Assembly (NCBI GenBank): GCA_001244265.2
Contig: CDLV01000007.1
Location: 682,001-746,000 of the forward strand
DNA length: 64,000 bases
Direction of reading: 5' to 3'
From: Microbotryum violaceum
Lineage: Eukaryota
The translations under genes and the position numbers were made by a program. How positions within the stretch are numbered: position 1 is the first letter of the stretch; each line of letters opens with the position of its first letter. The notes beneath the pieces were generated by a model, which worked only from the letters and a program-made list of their open reading frames with translations, made no database searches and was not told the origin of the DNA. This document shows positions 1 through 13,015 of the stretch, one piece after another.

Positions 1-1786
1 GGTCAAGAGTCCTTTGGCGTTGAGGATGCTGCGCTTCATCCTCGTTACCGTTTTGTACTCATTCTTGCTGTGAGTTCACGAACGGGAGAGCGGAAATAGT
101 GATCCCCAATTGGACTGACGAATGGGAATGCTCTATGCACTGCAGCCTTTCCCTCCTCTCGCTCTTGCTCGATTCATCAGGCATTCTTCGAGCCGGAGCG
201 GCCCAGACGACCCCTTTCCAAACTACGCCCCCACCCGACCCGCACGACCCTTCAGGACGAGGCACGACCTTCAAGGACGTGCACGGTGTCGAGGAGGCCA
301 AGGAAGAATTGTACGAGATTGTCGAATTCCTCAAGGATCCCGAGAGGTTCTCCAAACTCGGTGGTCGCCTACCGAGGGGTGTTTTACTTACAGGTCCGTT
401 CATCGAGCCTATCTACCTAAGGGAGATCGCAAAAAAGGCTGACCTTTGATATTGCGCCTTTTTTTGCAACCGGACCAGGCCCTCCTGGTACAGGCAAGAC
501 CTTGCTCGCTCGTGCGGTCGCGGGTGAAGCAGGTGTGAGCTTCTTCTCCGCCTCGGGATCCGAGTTTGACGAGATGTACGTCGGCGTCGGCGCTCGACGT
601 ATTCGAGAATTGTTCGCGACCGCTAGGAAGAACGCGCCTTCGATCATCTTCATCGATGAGATCGACGCGATCGGTGGCAAACGATCACCCAGGGATCAAC
701 ATTACATCAAGCAGACCTTGAACCAATTGTTGACCGAATTGGATGGGTTCTCACCGGGTGAAGGCGTCATCTTGATCGGAGCGACCAACTTTCCTGAATC
801 GCTTGACAAGGCTTTGGTTCGAGCCGGTCGATTCGATCGCATCGTCGCCGTACCACTACCCGACGTTCGAGGACGAGCCGAAATTTTAAAGCATCACATG
901 CGTAACATTCAATTCGATCGAGCCCAAGTCGATATCACCACCTTGGCCCGAGGAACGATCGGTTTCTCCGGCGCGGATCTACAAGCTTTAGTCAACCAAG
1001 CCGCGGTCAAAGCCTCGTCCGACCACGCTTCGGCCGTGCGCTCCAGTCATTTCGAATGGGCCAAGGAAAGGATCATGATGGGTGCCGCAAGGAAATCGGC
1101 TTTCATTTCAGAAACGGATAAATTGGCGACGGCGTATCATGAGGGTGGCCATGCTTTGGTCGCGCTTTATACGAAAGGGGCTTATCCGCTACAGAGTATT
1201 ACGGTCGTACCGAGGGGCAACGCGTTGGGGTATACATTGATGCTACCCGAGGCGGATAAGAACTCGCATTCGCTTTCAGAGTATAGAGCAAAGTAAGTGT
1301 CGCTCGTGTACGATCTTTTAAAAAACCACTTCCTCGAGCTCATCTCAAAAATCGAACCCCCGCTCCCCCCCCCCCCCCCTCTTCCTCCCCAGATTGGATG
1401 TGGCGATGGGTGGTCGAGTCGCCGAAGAATTGATCTACGGTAAAGATCATGTCACCGACGGTGCCTCTTCCGACATCTCCAACGCGACCTCCATGGCCTC
1501 CAACATGGTCCGTCGCTTCGGATTCTCGGACCTGATCGGACCCGTGGCGCATTCCAACGATCCGGATTCCCAAACGTCGCCTGATACGCAAGCGAAGATC
1601 GAACAGGAGGTGAGGGGTATGATTGAGGAGGCGCAGAATAGGGCGAGAGATTTGTTGTTGGAGAGGAAGGAGGAATTGGATAGGCTCGCCAAGGCTTTAG
1701 TGAGGTATGAGACGTTGACGTTGAAGGAGGTGGAGAAGGTTGTAAAAGGGGAGGAGATTGAGAAGGATCCGTTGGATTTGGTTTGA
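1..1786 (+). CDS. YME1: Mitochondrial i-AAA metalloprotease (YME1/FtsH family), 5'-truncated by the window edge; introns ~70-144, 394-478, 1293-1392
   Basis: [15 protein letters not shown], Walker A GPPGTGKT across an intron, Walker [22 protein letters not shown]41 motif HEGGH; stop at 1786. Confidence 0.93.
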
Positions 1787-2006
1787 ACGCCAGTCATGGA
1801 AGGAAATAATAAACCCAATTCTGTAGGAGCTGTGTGAGCTGAGGTGTGGAGCAGCGACTCTTTAACTCTCTCGATGAGGTTTTACGAAAGTCCAATTTTG
1901 GAGAGCAGCTTTTGACTTTTCAGAACAGCAACCGCCCAAGAGCTAGAACCTCTTTTCCGTTTTTCTCCTAAAAACAAAACAACTTAGACAGTCTCTTAAC
2001 AACCCC

Positions 2007-4297
2007 TCAAGCCTTGGCCCAAGCGACCCCCTTGCTACCCGTCGTCGAAGATTTGGGTGCTTCACTGTTTGTCTGCGAAGGCTTGGCTGCCGATGCTCCG
2101 GCGTTGTTCCCGTTGTGGTTCTTGGGAATGGGTAAAGGTTTGTTTTTGAGGTTCTCGTAGACGTCAGAGAATTTGAGGCCGTGGCGAAGGAAAAAGTCGC
2201 CGTAGCGGCGCGAGGTCGTCGACTGCGCGACGGTGAGATGGCCCTGAGGAAGAGAGGAAGAGATGGTGTGGGGTTAGCATTGCTTCGTGCTCTGATTGTT
2301 ATTTAGGGGGAGACTTACCTCGTCGATGCCAAAATTGATATCACTAACCCCAAACACCTCGCCTTGCAACAAGGAGCCTTCGGTCCAGGTCAACTTGCGT
2401 GCCGCCCCCTTGGCAACCATCAACATCTCCAACACCTCGTCCTCCTCGACCTCGAGGAACTTGGCCAACTTGTCCGTACCCAAGGTCGTGTACAATCGCA
2501 AAAAGGATCTCAAAGTCGATGTCGATAATTGACTCTCGACCGAACCAAGGAAGATGGTTGTTTGGTGGGCCGAGGCGTCGGGCAATGCGGCGTACGTGGT
2601 GAGTACGTCGTTGGATTCGAGTTCGTAAGGCGGTGGGTTGGGGGAGATGAACCTCGGTGCACCGAGGGAAAACATCTCCTGGAACGCAGGCAAAGATTCG
2701 GCACCCCCTCGCGCCATCTTGGCATGTTGGTCACCGAACTTGTCCTTCATCGCGGTCGAGATGCCTTCGTCGACTTTGGTCGGGCACAGGGCCTGACAGA
2801 TCGCGAGCAAGGCGTACATCCGATCGGCGGTCTTGTTGATCTGGTCGAACTGAGAACCTCGTTGAAAGTGCTTGAGACGAAGGACGAAGAAGAGGATGTG
2901 GGACAAGGCGCGGATCGCATCGGGATAACGACCGAGCATGAGGTACGAGAAACCGACGTAGTAGTAGGTCGCGACGTGGGCCGCGGTGACGCGCGTGAAG
3001 AGCGCCTTCTTGTTGAGGTCGATGCCGTCGAGCATTTGCAAGGCGAGGGTGTAGTCGCCGAGCAGAACGTGAACGCGCAAGAGGCCGAGGATGGAAAAGT
3101 AGCCGAGGTGGTAGTAGAGGCGAATCGAACCGAATTCGCCGGCGATCGCTTCGACGTCCTCGATTCCTTCGGCCTGGGCCGCGAGTTGGTCCTGGATCTT
3201 GCTCTTTTGGATCAACGAGTACAAGACGTTGAGGACCGAGTAGCAGGACCAGACCTGGCTCGATTCGGCAAGGATCTGCTTCTCCTCGTCGGTCTTGCCC
3301 GTAACCTTGTTGCGCCAGAGCGCGAAGGAGGTGTACTGGTACACGAACTCGTCGATGATGTTGTAGAGCCAGTCGATGGGGAGCGACAGGGGGACGGGAC
3401 CGGGCGAGTTGAGGATGAGGTTAAAGAGCTGGCAATAGTTCTCGTACGAGGCGATGCGGTCGTCAATGTCGGGTTGGAGGCGCGCATAGACGTGTCGGAA
3501 GTAGAGCTCGCGGTAGAGCGTCAAAAAGACCTCGTCTGTGGGAAGCGAGGAGGGTGTGAGGTGCAGAAAAAGGATTGATCGACAGAAACACGCCGACGGA
3601 CCATGGTTAACAAGTGGGGCGATCGTCTCTGCCTCGGGCCATTCGGTCTTTGCGAAGAACTTGTCGGTCAAGCGAGCCCAGCCTTGCTCGTACGCGGCCT
3701 GGATCTCGGGCAGGGACGGGGACGAGGCGGTGACGAGGTTGAAGAGGTGCATGATGTAGTTTTTCACGGACTCGGGTACGGCGGCGAGTGCTTCGGCCTG
3801 TTGGGCCTGGTGCGCGGCGGCCTCGGCGACTCGTTGCTGTTGCGCGTATTGTTCTGGGGTAAGGTTACAGGGGGTCAGGTCAGTTCACGCGCGGTCGTTG
3901 AAACTGATTGCGCGCTGCTCAAGTTGTGGGTGGTCGGCGTGTAGATTTTCGGTAGTGCAAGATGTTCATGGACCCTGCTGATGTGGTCGCGATCAAAGAC
4001 AAAAAGGTCGGGTGGATGGGACGCCGGCAGCTGCACGACTTGCAGAACGCGAGCGTGTAGTGGGACACCGTGCGTTCTGATGCGCCGATGTATAGTCCAG
4101 GATTATGTCGAATACGGGCGCATGTCGCAGCTGTACGAGTACGTCCTGCTGGCCAACTCCAAAGACGGGGAACGCGAGGACTGACCTGCTTCAGCTTCGT
4201 TGTAGTTGCCATCGTAGTCGGCGCGCTGGATTCCGAAATCGGGTGCACCGTCGTCGTACAGCTCTTCCTCCTCTTCGCCGGTGTAGGGTTGGGCCAT
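2007..4297 (-). CDS. EIF3L: Translation initiation factor 3 subunit L
   Basis: ATG 4297 (MAQPYTGEEEEE); LYRELYFRHVYARL, WLYNIIDEFVYQY, GYFSILGLLRVHVLLGDY, LRSFLRLYTT; last exon RRYGDFFLRH ending at TGA 2007-2009. Confidence 0.92.
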
Positions 4298-4666
4298 GAT
4301 GAGGTGAAGGCGAGGGTGAGGTGGGGTGGGTTCGAGGCGACGAGGGAAGGCGACAGAGAGGCGAGACACCGACGACGACTACTTTGACGAGGAAAATCGC
4401 AGCACGGGCCTCGGCAGTATTAGCTTCGCGCCCAAAAGCCAACAGAGGCGTGGGCCCCAAGGCGCACACTGGCGCGCTCACACACACGCCCCCGCGAGAT
4501 CTGGCTCAGCCCGACCGAGCGAGTTGGGCGCCTCGATGGCCCATCGGCGTGGACTTGCCAGAGGACTTCCCTCGACCACACCACGCCACCTCCCACCTCC
4601 CACCTCCCACCACCACCACCTCCGCCGCCACACTACGCCTCGTCCTCGTCCCAGTGAGCTCCGGCC

Positions 4667-7600
4667 ATGTCCGTCTCGCAATACCCCTCGCTCCTTAGGA
4701 GTGAGCAGATGAGCTTGGTCCAGGTCAGTCCATCCCTTTTGCCAGTGTCTGTGTGCAGCGTGCAGCGTGCAGCGGGCAGCGGGCAGCGGGCAGCGGGTAG
4801 CGTCATCGCCGCCAATTCGCCGCCGGCTCCATATCTTCTCAGACCCCTTCATCGTCCGCCTCGACCCAACAACTGACCAGTCCTTCTCAATCTCCACTCA
4901 GCTCTACGTACCCATCGATGTCGCCCATCGAACGGTCGAGGAACTGGCCCAGCTCGAACGCGTGCAGTTCAAGGACCTCAACCCGGACGTGAACCCGTTC
5001 CAACGCACCTACGTCGCCCAGATACGTCGCTGCGACGAAGCCGAACGCCGTCTGCGCTTCCTCACCCAGCAGATCGCCGCGCAACAGATCCCGATCCGTC
5101 CTTACGACCAGACCGTCGCCTTGCTTGCCGCTCGATCCGGACCCCAAGCGCTCGACGAACTCGATGCCCGTCTCGCCGAGTCCGAACAACGCGTCGCCGC
5201 CATGAACGGTTCCTACGACAGTCTCGAGAAGCGCGCTCTCGAGCTCGAAGAGGCTCGCCAGGTCCTGAAGGAGACCGACGTCTTCTTCAACGACGCCCGC
5301 GGTCGTACGGCCGAGATCCGCTCCAGCTTTGACGAACCCGACGCTCCCCTTTTGGGCGATCTCGAGTCCGCCGCCGCCAACGAGTCCGGATTCGGTGGTT
5401 TCGAACTGGAGTGAGTCATCGCGACCTATTGTCAGCGTAATAGAGAAGCAGCACTGACCGGGTCCGTTTGGCGCCTCCGCCCGCCTCAGATTTGTCGCCG
5501 GCACGATCGACCGAGCACGTATGGCCACCTTTGAGCGAGTCCTCTGGCGCGTACTCCGCGGTAACTTGTACACGAACGTGCGTGAGAGGTAGTCCGATTG
5601 TTTTCGCGAGCGGCGTCTGACCACTGACTGCTCATCCACATGCTCGATCACCCGCAGTACGCCGAGATCGATGATTCGGCCTTGCCCGTCCCGGCTTCGG
5701 ACCCCGGAAGCTCCGCCGGCGGCGAGGAGAAGAAGCTCCGCAAGAACGTCTTCATCATCTTTGCCCACGGACAAGACTTGCTCGACAAGATCCGCAAAAT
5801 TGCTGAATGTATGTGCTGGTCCCAGTGCCCGCCCTGCTTCGGCGATGGCCTAGAGAGCTGACCGCTTTCTAGGCCACAGCGATGGGAGCGACGCTGTACT
5901 CCGTCGACTCGAACGCCGATAAGCGAGAGGATAAGCTGCGTGAGGTCACGTCGCGCATCGAAGACCTCAACTCGGTCCTGCACAACACGAACCAGACCCG
6001 TCGCGCCGAACTGATCAAGATTGCCGAGTCCATCTCGGCTTGGTGGGCCGTCGTGCGCAAGGAAAAGGTCATCTTTTCGACCCTCAATCTGTGGCTGTGG
6101 GACCAAGGTCGCAAGACTCTCGTTGCCGAAGGTTGGGTCCCGACGAGGGACATCCCCAACGTCCAAGCCGCCTTGCGTCGCGCCTCTGAAAGTGCCGGTA
6201 CCTCGGTCTCGGCGCTCCTGCACGAACTGCGAACGCACAAGGACCCGCCGACGTTCCACCGCACCAACAAGTTCACCGAAGGCTTCCAGAGCATCATTGA
6301 TGCGTACGGTATCGCCACCTACCAAGAGGTCAACCCCGGTCTCTTCACCGTCATCACTTTCCCGTTCTTGTTTGCCGTCATGTTTGGTGATATTGGTCAC
6401 GGCTTTATCATGATGTGCACGGCCTTATCCTTGATCTTAATGGAAAAGAAGTTCAAGAAAGGTACCGGTAACGAGGTGAGTCCCGTTGACGTGCACCATA
6501 CCAATCACTATTTCAAACTGATCGCTACCAAGCCCATCATCGACCTCACAGATTTTTGACACGTTCTACTACGGTCGCTACATCATCTTCCTTATGGGTC
6601 TCTTCGCCATCTTCACCGGTTTCATGTACAACGACATCTTTTCGCTCTCGCTCCACCTCGCGCCGTCGCAGTTCCGCTGGCCGACCGACTTTGAACCGGG
6701 CACCGTCGTCGAAGGTATCCAGACCTCGCGCCGCTACCCGTTCGGTATCGATCCTGCATGGCACGGCACCGACAACGCCCTCATCTTCACCAACTCGCTC
6801 AAGATGAAGATGTCGGTCGTGATCGGCGTGATTCACATGTCATTCGCCATCTGCCTCCAAGTGCTCAACCACCTCCACTTCAAGAAACCTGAGCTGATCT
6901 GGGCGGAGTTCCTGCCCCAGATCCTGTTCATGCAGTCCATCTTTGGTTACCTCGTCATGTGCATCCTGTACAAGTGGTCGGTCAACTGGGAAGAAGTGGG
7001 GCGCAACCCGCCCAACTTGCTCAACATGCTCATCAAGCTCTTCCTCTCGCCCGGGAGCGTCGACCCCAACGATCAACTCTATTCGGGCCAAGCGTTCGTG
7101 CAAGTGTTTTTGCTCCTTTTGGCGCTCGTGTGCGTGCCTTGGATGTTGTGTACCAAGCCTTACCTCCTGTACCGCGAGCACAAGAAGATCGCCGAACAAG
7201 GGTACCAAGGCATCAATGGTGTCCATGGCGGCAATGCCGAGAATCACACACTTGGCACCGACGGCGACGACGAGGTCGATGAACAAGGGCATGCCATCGT
7301 CGCTGAGGAGATGGACGAAGAACACGAATTCGACATGGGCGAACACGTGATCCACCAAGTGATCCACACGATCGAGTTCTGCCTCGGTTGCATCTCCAAC
7401 ACGGCCTCGTACCTCCGTCTATGGGCCCTCTCCCTCGCCCACGCTCAACTTTCCGAAGTCCTCTGGTCCATGACCTTGGAAGGCGGGTTCGAAATGGAAG
7501 GATGGGTAGGGACTCTTGCCCTCGTCTTCCTTTTCGCCATGTGGATGTCCCTCACGATTGCGATTCTGATCGTGATGGAGGGTTTGTCGGCTTTCCTCCA

Positions 7601-7721
7601 CGCGTTGAGGTTGCATTGGGTCGAGTTCAACGGCAAATTCTTTGGTGGTGCGGGGACCCAGTTCGTGCCTTTGACGTTGCACGGTTGCGACGAGATTCCC
7701 GATGGAGTCATCGCTGCTTAG
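4667..7721 (+). CDS. VPH1: V-type H+-ATPase V0 subunit a (Vph1/Stv1 family)
   Basis: LLRSEQMSLVQ, FKDLNPDVNPFQR, PPTFHRTNKFT, TFPFLFAVMFGD, HTIEFCLGCISNTASYLRLWALSLAH, LHALRLHWVEF; multiple GT-AG introns. Confidence 0.96.
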
Positions 7722-7917
7722 GTTGGAACCTCTCTCAAATTGTGTAGCCACTTTTTCTCGATTGACTGGAGATAGAACCTTCCCTCCCTTACCTTCCACT
7801 TGCTCTCTCCGTTCTCTTGCCCTCTAAATCATCGTCTGTCAAGTGAACACTTTCTTAAACTCAAAACAAAGTCTGTCTCGGTACTGCTCGAGCATTACGT
7901 TGCACACACGTTCTGAT

Positions 7918-9985
7918 CTACGCACGCGACCCCTCGTTCCTCACTTCGACGATCGATTCGACGACGTGCTCCGCTTCGGAATAGCCTAGGATCTTTTCAA
8001 TGTCCGAGCTGAGAAAAAAGCATTCGGGATCGAAGAGGGTTAGCTTCTTATTCAGAACCCACCCTCCCACCTCACGAACCGCCAACGTAAAAACTTACGA
8101 CCTCAACCCTTTAACCCGATCAATCTCCGCCGAATTGTAATTCGTCAACCCCCTCCCAAACTCCACCACTTCTTCCCCTTCTTCCAAACCCAAACCCGAA
8201 CTCGAACCTGCACCATCTTCCTCCCCCCTACTCCTATTCACCGAGACGCCTCTTCGACTCGCCGATACGGAAGCATGTCGACTCTGACTTGGACTTGCAC
8301 TGCCCGGGGTGAAAATCTCACGACGCGATTCGGTCGTACGACCCCTTTCGGCGAAATGATCAGGTGAGACGGGTCGACTTTGAACTGACTGATTCTTCAA
8401 AGCCTCCAATTCCCTTCGTGCAAAAGAATTCACCCCCTCCTTCTTCATCTCTATGTCCTCTTGTACAAAGGTAGACTTCTTCTTCTTCTTCCTCCCCTTG
8501 ATCACACAAACCCTTACCGCCTGACCGGCCGCGAAATTTCCCTCGACCCTCACTACCCCAGCCGCCAATAACCTACCTCCATTCCCACTGCCTCCTCCAT
8601 CCCTTTCGCCTCGGGAAATCGCGCGATAGGCCCCTTCGTCGACGTAGACCGTTCCCCTAGGTGTGAGACCGTGCAGGACCCAGAAGCGACGGGAAGTGAG
8701 GGGCCGTGGACGGGGCGTGAAGAGGGTGTAAGGAAGTGGGTCGGTCGCGAGGGCGAATTCGACGGCCGGGAGAGAGTCCGTATCGGTTGAAGAGGGAGGA
8801 GGTAGTTCGCTTGCTAAATCGGGGTGTGAATGGGTGCGTGAGGAGTTGGAAAATTCGGAAGGGTGGGTGGTAGCTAGGTCGGGAGTGGAGGAGGCTAGAT
8901 TCGTCGTTGAAGATGGGGCCTTAGGTGGAGACGAAGGATGGTGCTGATGATGGTTTTGTACGATCTCGACAATTCGATGGGGTGCTGAACCGAGGGTGAT
9001 GACGGTGGCGCATCCCGCCCCGTTGGCTAGTTCGGCTGCGATCAATTTGGTTTCCATGCCGCCCGTTCCTAAAGAAGATCCTAGCGTGGCCGTCGAAACT
9101 TTTTTTTTTTTTTTTTTTTTGGCGCAAAAGACAATCGTCAGTCTTTTTCGACAGGAACAATTCGGATCGGTTTCTCGCTGAACTGACCCATTTTTCTCAC
9201 CACTTCAATATCCCTACAGATCTTGACCCTCCTAGCGCCCGGTACCTTCCTCGGATTATCCTCGTACAAACCGTCGACATCGGTCAAAAGGAACAAATAA
9301 TCGGCGCCACACATCCCCGCCGCGACAGCGGAAAGGGTATCGTTGTCGCCGAATTTGTTGATGTGCAGGATCTCGGAAACGGATATGGTGTCGTTTTCGT
9401 TGATGATGGGGATCACACCGAGCTGCAACAAAGTTGAGAGCGTCGTCGTCGCGTTCAGATATCGGGATCTCTGTGAGGGGAGTCGGGTGTGCGTTCCAGA
9501 GAGCCTTAGAGCTTTTCCGCCAAAATAATCAAAGCTCCTCCCTGCGGTTGCCACTCACATCGGCAATATCATTCCTCGTAATCAAGATCTGCGCAATCGG
9601 TTGCTGCAGCATACCGAACAATTGATCCCACAGGGCGATCAACCTCCCCTGCCCTATCGCCGCGAGGGCCTGTTTCTCCCCTATCGCTCGTTTCTTCCCA
9701 GGGCCCAAGGCGGGTAATCGCATGCGATGCAAGCCCATACCTATGGCGCCGGAGGAGACGATCACGACGCGGTGACCGAGCGACCGCAGCTTGACGCAGG
9801 TTTCGACGACCGCGGAGAGGGTCGAGACTTGGGGAAAGTGGGGTCGTTCGGGGTGCAGGATCGAGGAGGATCCTGGGGGAGAGGTGAGATCAGGGTTTTA
9901 GTTTGTCCTGGGGTGTAGGGTATGGGGTCATGAAACCGTCTTGAGTGTACTTGCCCAACTTGATGACGATTGTGAGCGGGGCCAT
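7918..9985 (-). CDS. PRO1: Glutamate 5-kinase with C-terminal PUA domain
   Basis: [85 protein letters not shown]. Confidence 0.93.
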
Positions 9986-10482
9986 CGCGAGTGATGCTGC
10001 GTTGAGGTCGAGTCAAGAGCGAAGCAGTGACGAGCTGCCAGTGGGTCGGAGCTGCGAAAGAGTTTGTCAAGCCGATCGAGAGAAAGTGGTTTAGCGCGAG
10101 TGGTCAGAATGAGATCTCCGTAGAAATCAAGGTAATTCCAATTGCAGTAGCTACTCACAGGAGATTACCACGCAATGTAGGAGACACTGATGCCGCGAGC
10201 GAGAACGAGGCGACCGCGTCAGATCAGATGAGCACTTCGGAAACGACAAGTCGGCCCGAATTTATCCCCGAGCGCAACCGAATCACTTGTAACCCTAGGT
10301 ACATCGAGAGAATTTTTTCACGGGCTTTTCTTTCTACGTATATCATCATCACTCCGCGTGTGCATACCCTTTTTCGTTCCATGTCCTACTTTACAATTTA
10401 CTCGGACCACCTCTGCTCCGTGCACGTTACGTGTATCCAGAAGTTGAGCCTCTCCCTCCCAGCCCCACACCTCACCGGAACC

Positions 10483-11064
10483 ATGTCCTCCTTCTCCAGC
10501 ACCGAGCTGCTCTCTTCCCTCTCCGAAATCCAATCCTACTCCGGAATCCAATCCTACACGATCCTGCCCGCTCATTTTTGTTCGTCCACGAACGAAAGTC
10601 GCGCCGAGATCAAGTTACTCGAAGAAGGGGAGAAGGCGTTTATCGTGTGTTCGGATAAAGGCTGGAGTATTGCTTTGAGGAGTGTGGTCGATTGGAAGGT
10701 GAGTTGTTGCAGTGTCGGCATTCCGGGAAGAGAGGGATGCGGGAATGTGATGACGCGATCATGGGTGGTGGGTGGTGGAGGGAAGACGATCCTTCTTCGA
10801 ATCGGAAGTCTAGATACCCTTCCCAACCCTCAGCTTCGCTCGAAAAGCAGCTTTGTTAATACCTCTCAAAACGAACTTTTATCCCAGCGCCTTCCCCTCG
10901 ACTCGGCAGCAAAAGACACCGAAACTTTTGAAACGCTCGAAAACCTCTTGGCCCATCTCAGTCCGGCGTTCGAAGCGAAGAGGATGCAAGTCTTGTCGGA
11001 CAAGCTGTCGGCTGTTAGGATGGAACGTGGGGAGGAAGAGAAGGAGGAGGGGAAAGACCGGTAG
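10483..11064 (+). CDS. Small GSKIP-domain (DUF727-like) protein; one intron ~10699-10887
   Basis: IKLLEE..IVCSDKGW followed after the intron by FETLENLLAHLSPAFEAKRMQVLSDKL, resembling the GSKIP-domain pattern. Confidence 0.6.
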   Translation: MSSFSSTELLSSLSEIQSYSGIQSYTILPAHFCSSTNESRAEIKLLEEGEKAFIVCSDKGWSIALRSVVDWKVSCCSVGIPGREGCGNVMTRSWVVGGGGKTILLRIGSLDTLPNPQLRSKSSFVNTSQNELLSQRLPLDSAAKDTETFETLENLLAHLSPAFEAKRMQVLSDKLSAVRMERGEEEKEEGKDR

Positions 11065-11579
11065 AGGCAGATATGATTTGGCGTAGGACAGAGGGAAAGG
11101 ATTTCAAACGAGGGCATTCGCATTCTAGCAAAAGTCACTTCAAAAACCCTAGGTGCTTGGTAACGAGTGAGAGCCCGGTTCACGTACCTTACTCTCTCTC
11201 ACGAAGCACAAAGCGGTCTATAGATGAAAGATCTCTTCATTGCCCAAATTCATACCGGTCATCCTACAAGCCCGTCGCATCCTAATCCTCAACCTATGAC
11301 CAACCACCTGCACCCAATACATATAACTGCCCCCGTCTCATCCATTTTACCAACAGCCCCCGAAAGTCCGACGAATTGATCGGAAAAAGTTGTAAAATCG
11401 AGATGACGGAGAGAGCGAAATACGAGCGACCAAGTCGATTGAAGTTGGGTTGAAAGACGGAAAGAATCGAGTCGAAGAATTCACAGCAAAGAATCGAGTA
11501 TTGAAGAGTGCGCCATTCCGTTTTGGTTGTTGTTGTTGTTGCGGGTGGAAGGGAGACGACGACGACGAAAGAACGGTGT

Positions 11580-12526
11580 TTAGGTCGATCCGGACTTGCC
11601 CTCCGGGTTCGGGTTCATTCGGCGCTTTCCTCCGGGTGCGAGCGTGACGTTTACGAATCGGCGGTTGTAGACTGAGGAGGAGGGTGAAGGTGATGTCAGT
11701 ACGTCTGCGTAGAGACGGGAATTGGAGCGAGTGTGGATGGTGAACGCACGGATGCGCTTCTTGGCACGGCCGCAGACCTGAGCAAGAAGTAAAGCGAGGT
11801 CAACATCTGAATTTACAGCCCTTGACGATCGTGGATGAGGACAAACCTTCTTCTTCTTCTCCTGGGGTGCGACCTTGGGGGTTTGCGACCTAACCTTTCC
11901 GGCACGTGCCAAAGATCCGTGAACTTTTCCCCTGTGGAATGAGAGAGAGTGGTGACATGGTCAGTTCAAAGTCGTGGAGCAAGTGATCGGTAGCTGGCGA
12001 GTGTGGCGGTCGATGGTCGATGCTCGTCACGCGATGGGCTGGGCTGAGCTTGGGCGGACGAGGCGTAGGCGTGGTAGGCGTAGGCGTGGTAGGCGTGGGC
12101 TCAGGCGTGGGCGCAGGGTGTGGGCCCAAGTGCGCGCTTGGCCCAGAGAACGAGCGTCGCACGCATCGGGCCAGGGTCGGTCAGGTCACAAGGACAAGTA
12201 CACAACCCGTCATCACCGCTCCCGCTGCCCCTCATCCGATCCAATCGTTCTCTTCTCCTGTGCATCCATCGTGCCAATACGACTAGATCGAGTGGGATGG
12301 CGGTGCGGTCGCCAGACGGCTCGAGGGCGTTCGCTCGCTTCAAAAATGCACCAGCCGACCAAGGAGGATCGGCTAGCCAGGCGGGCGAGCGACCCTCGCC
12401 GTCGCCACACCTCCCATCTCCTCCCCGTGATCGCATGGCTGTAGGGCGTGTAAAGTCGAGAGGGCGCGGTCGAGCGGTCGTTCGTTCCTCTAGAATCCTC
12501 GAGAAGTAGCGGTGGGATCCTTACAT
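11580..12526 (-). CDS. RPS30: 40S ribosomal protein S30 (eS30); start codon split by intron 11932-12524
   Basis: Spliced product [61 protein letters not shown]. Confidence 0.95.
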
Positions 12527-13015
12527 GTTGACGTGGTATGTGAGACGAACGAGCGGAAGACAAGTCGGCCGCAAGGCGCAGGCGCTCAAGCCCACACCCA
12601 TCAAGCGCTTGCGATTTTTTGGGCCTCGGCCGAGCGCACGCGCACGCGCACGCCGAAGCGGAGGCGTTGGCGGGCTTGGAGGGGTGCCATCATTGGTGGG
12701 ATAACCGCGTTGGAGATTGTCCAAGATGCTTTTCGAACGCGTTCTAATGGGGAATTGATTCAGCGAAGAGTTTTGCTTGGAACGTAGTGGGTTGATCTAG
12801 TGGAGACCCTAAATTTGAGTGAGGCCCTGGAGTGAATCTACATCACAACCTGGTGGCTAGCAAAGACTGCGATTCCTCGCTTCATGAGCGAGGTAAAGGA
12901 GGCAGGCGACCCCCTGTCTTTCGATTCAGCGCGCGGCAAAGCGATCGCGCGTCGGACAGCACACCTCGCCTTCCGCCCACCCTCATCCTCTACCTTGCCC
13001 TGTCGTGCCGCACAA

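Noticed and set aside
2529..3578. 349-aa plus-strand ORF and many similar antisense ORFs across the window
   Set aside because: Antisense shadows of GC3-rich real exons, with no independent motifs
10027..10482. N-terminal extension of the 345-aa ORF
   Set aside because: Starts at a non-ATG codon and runs through the divergent promoter; the plausible ATG is 10483
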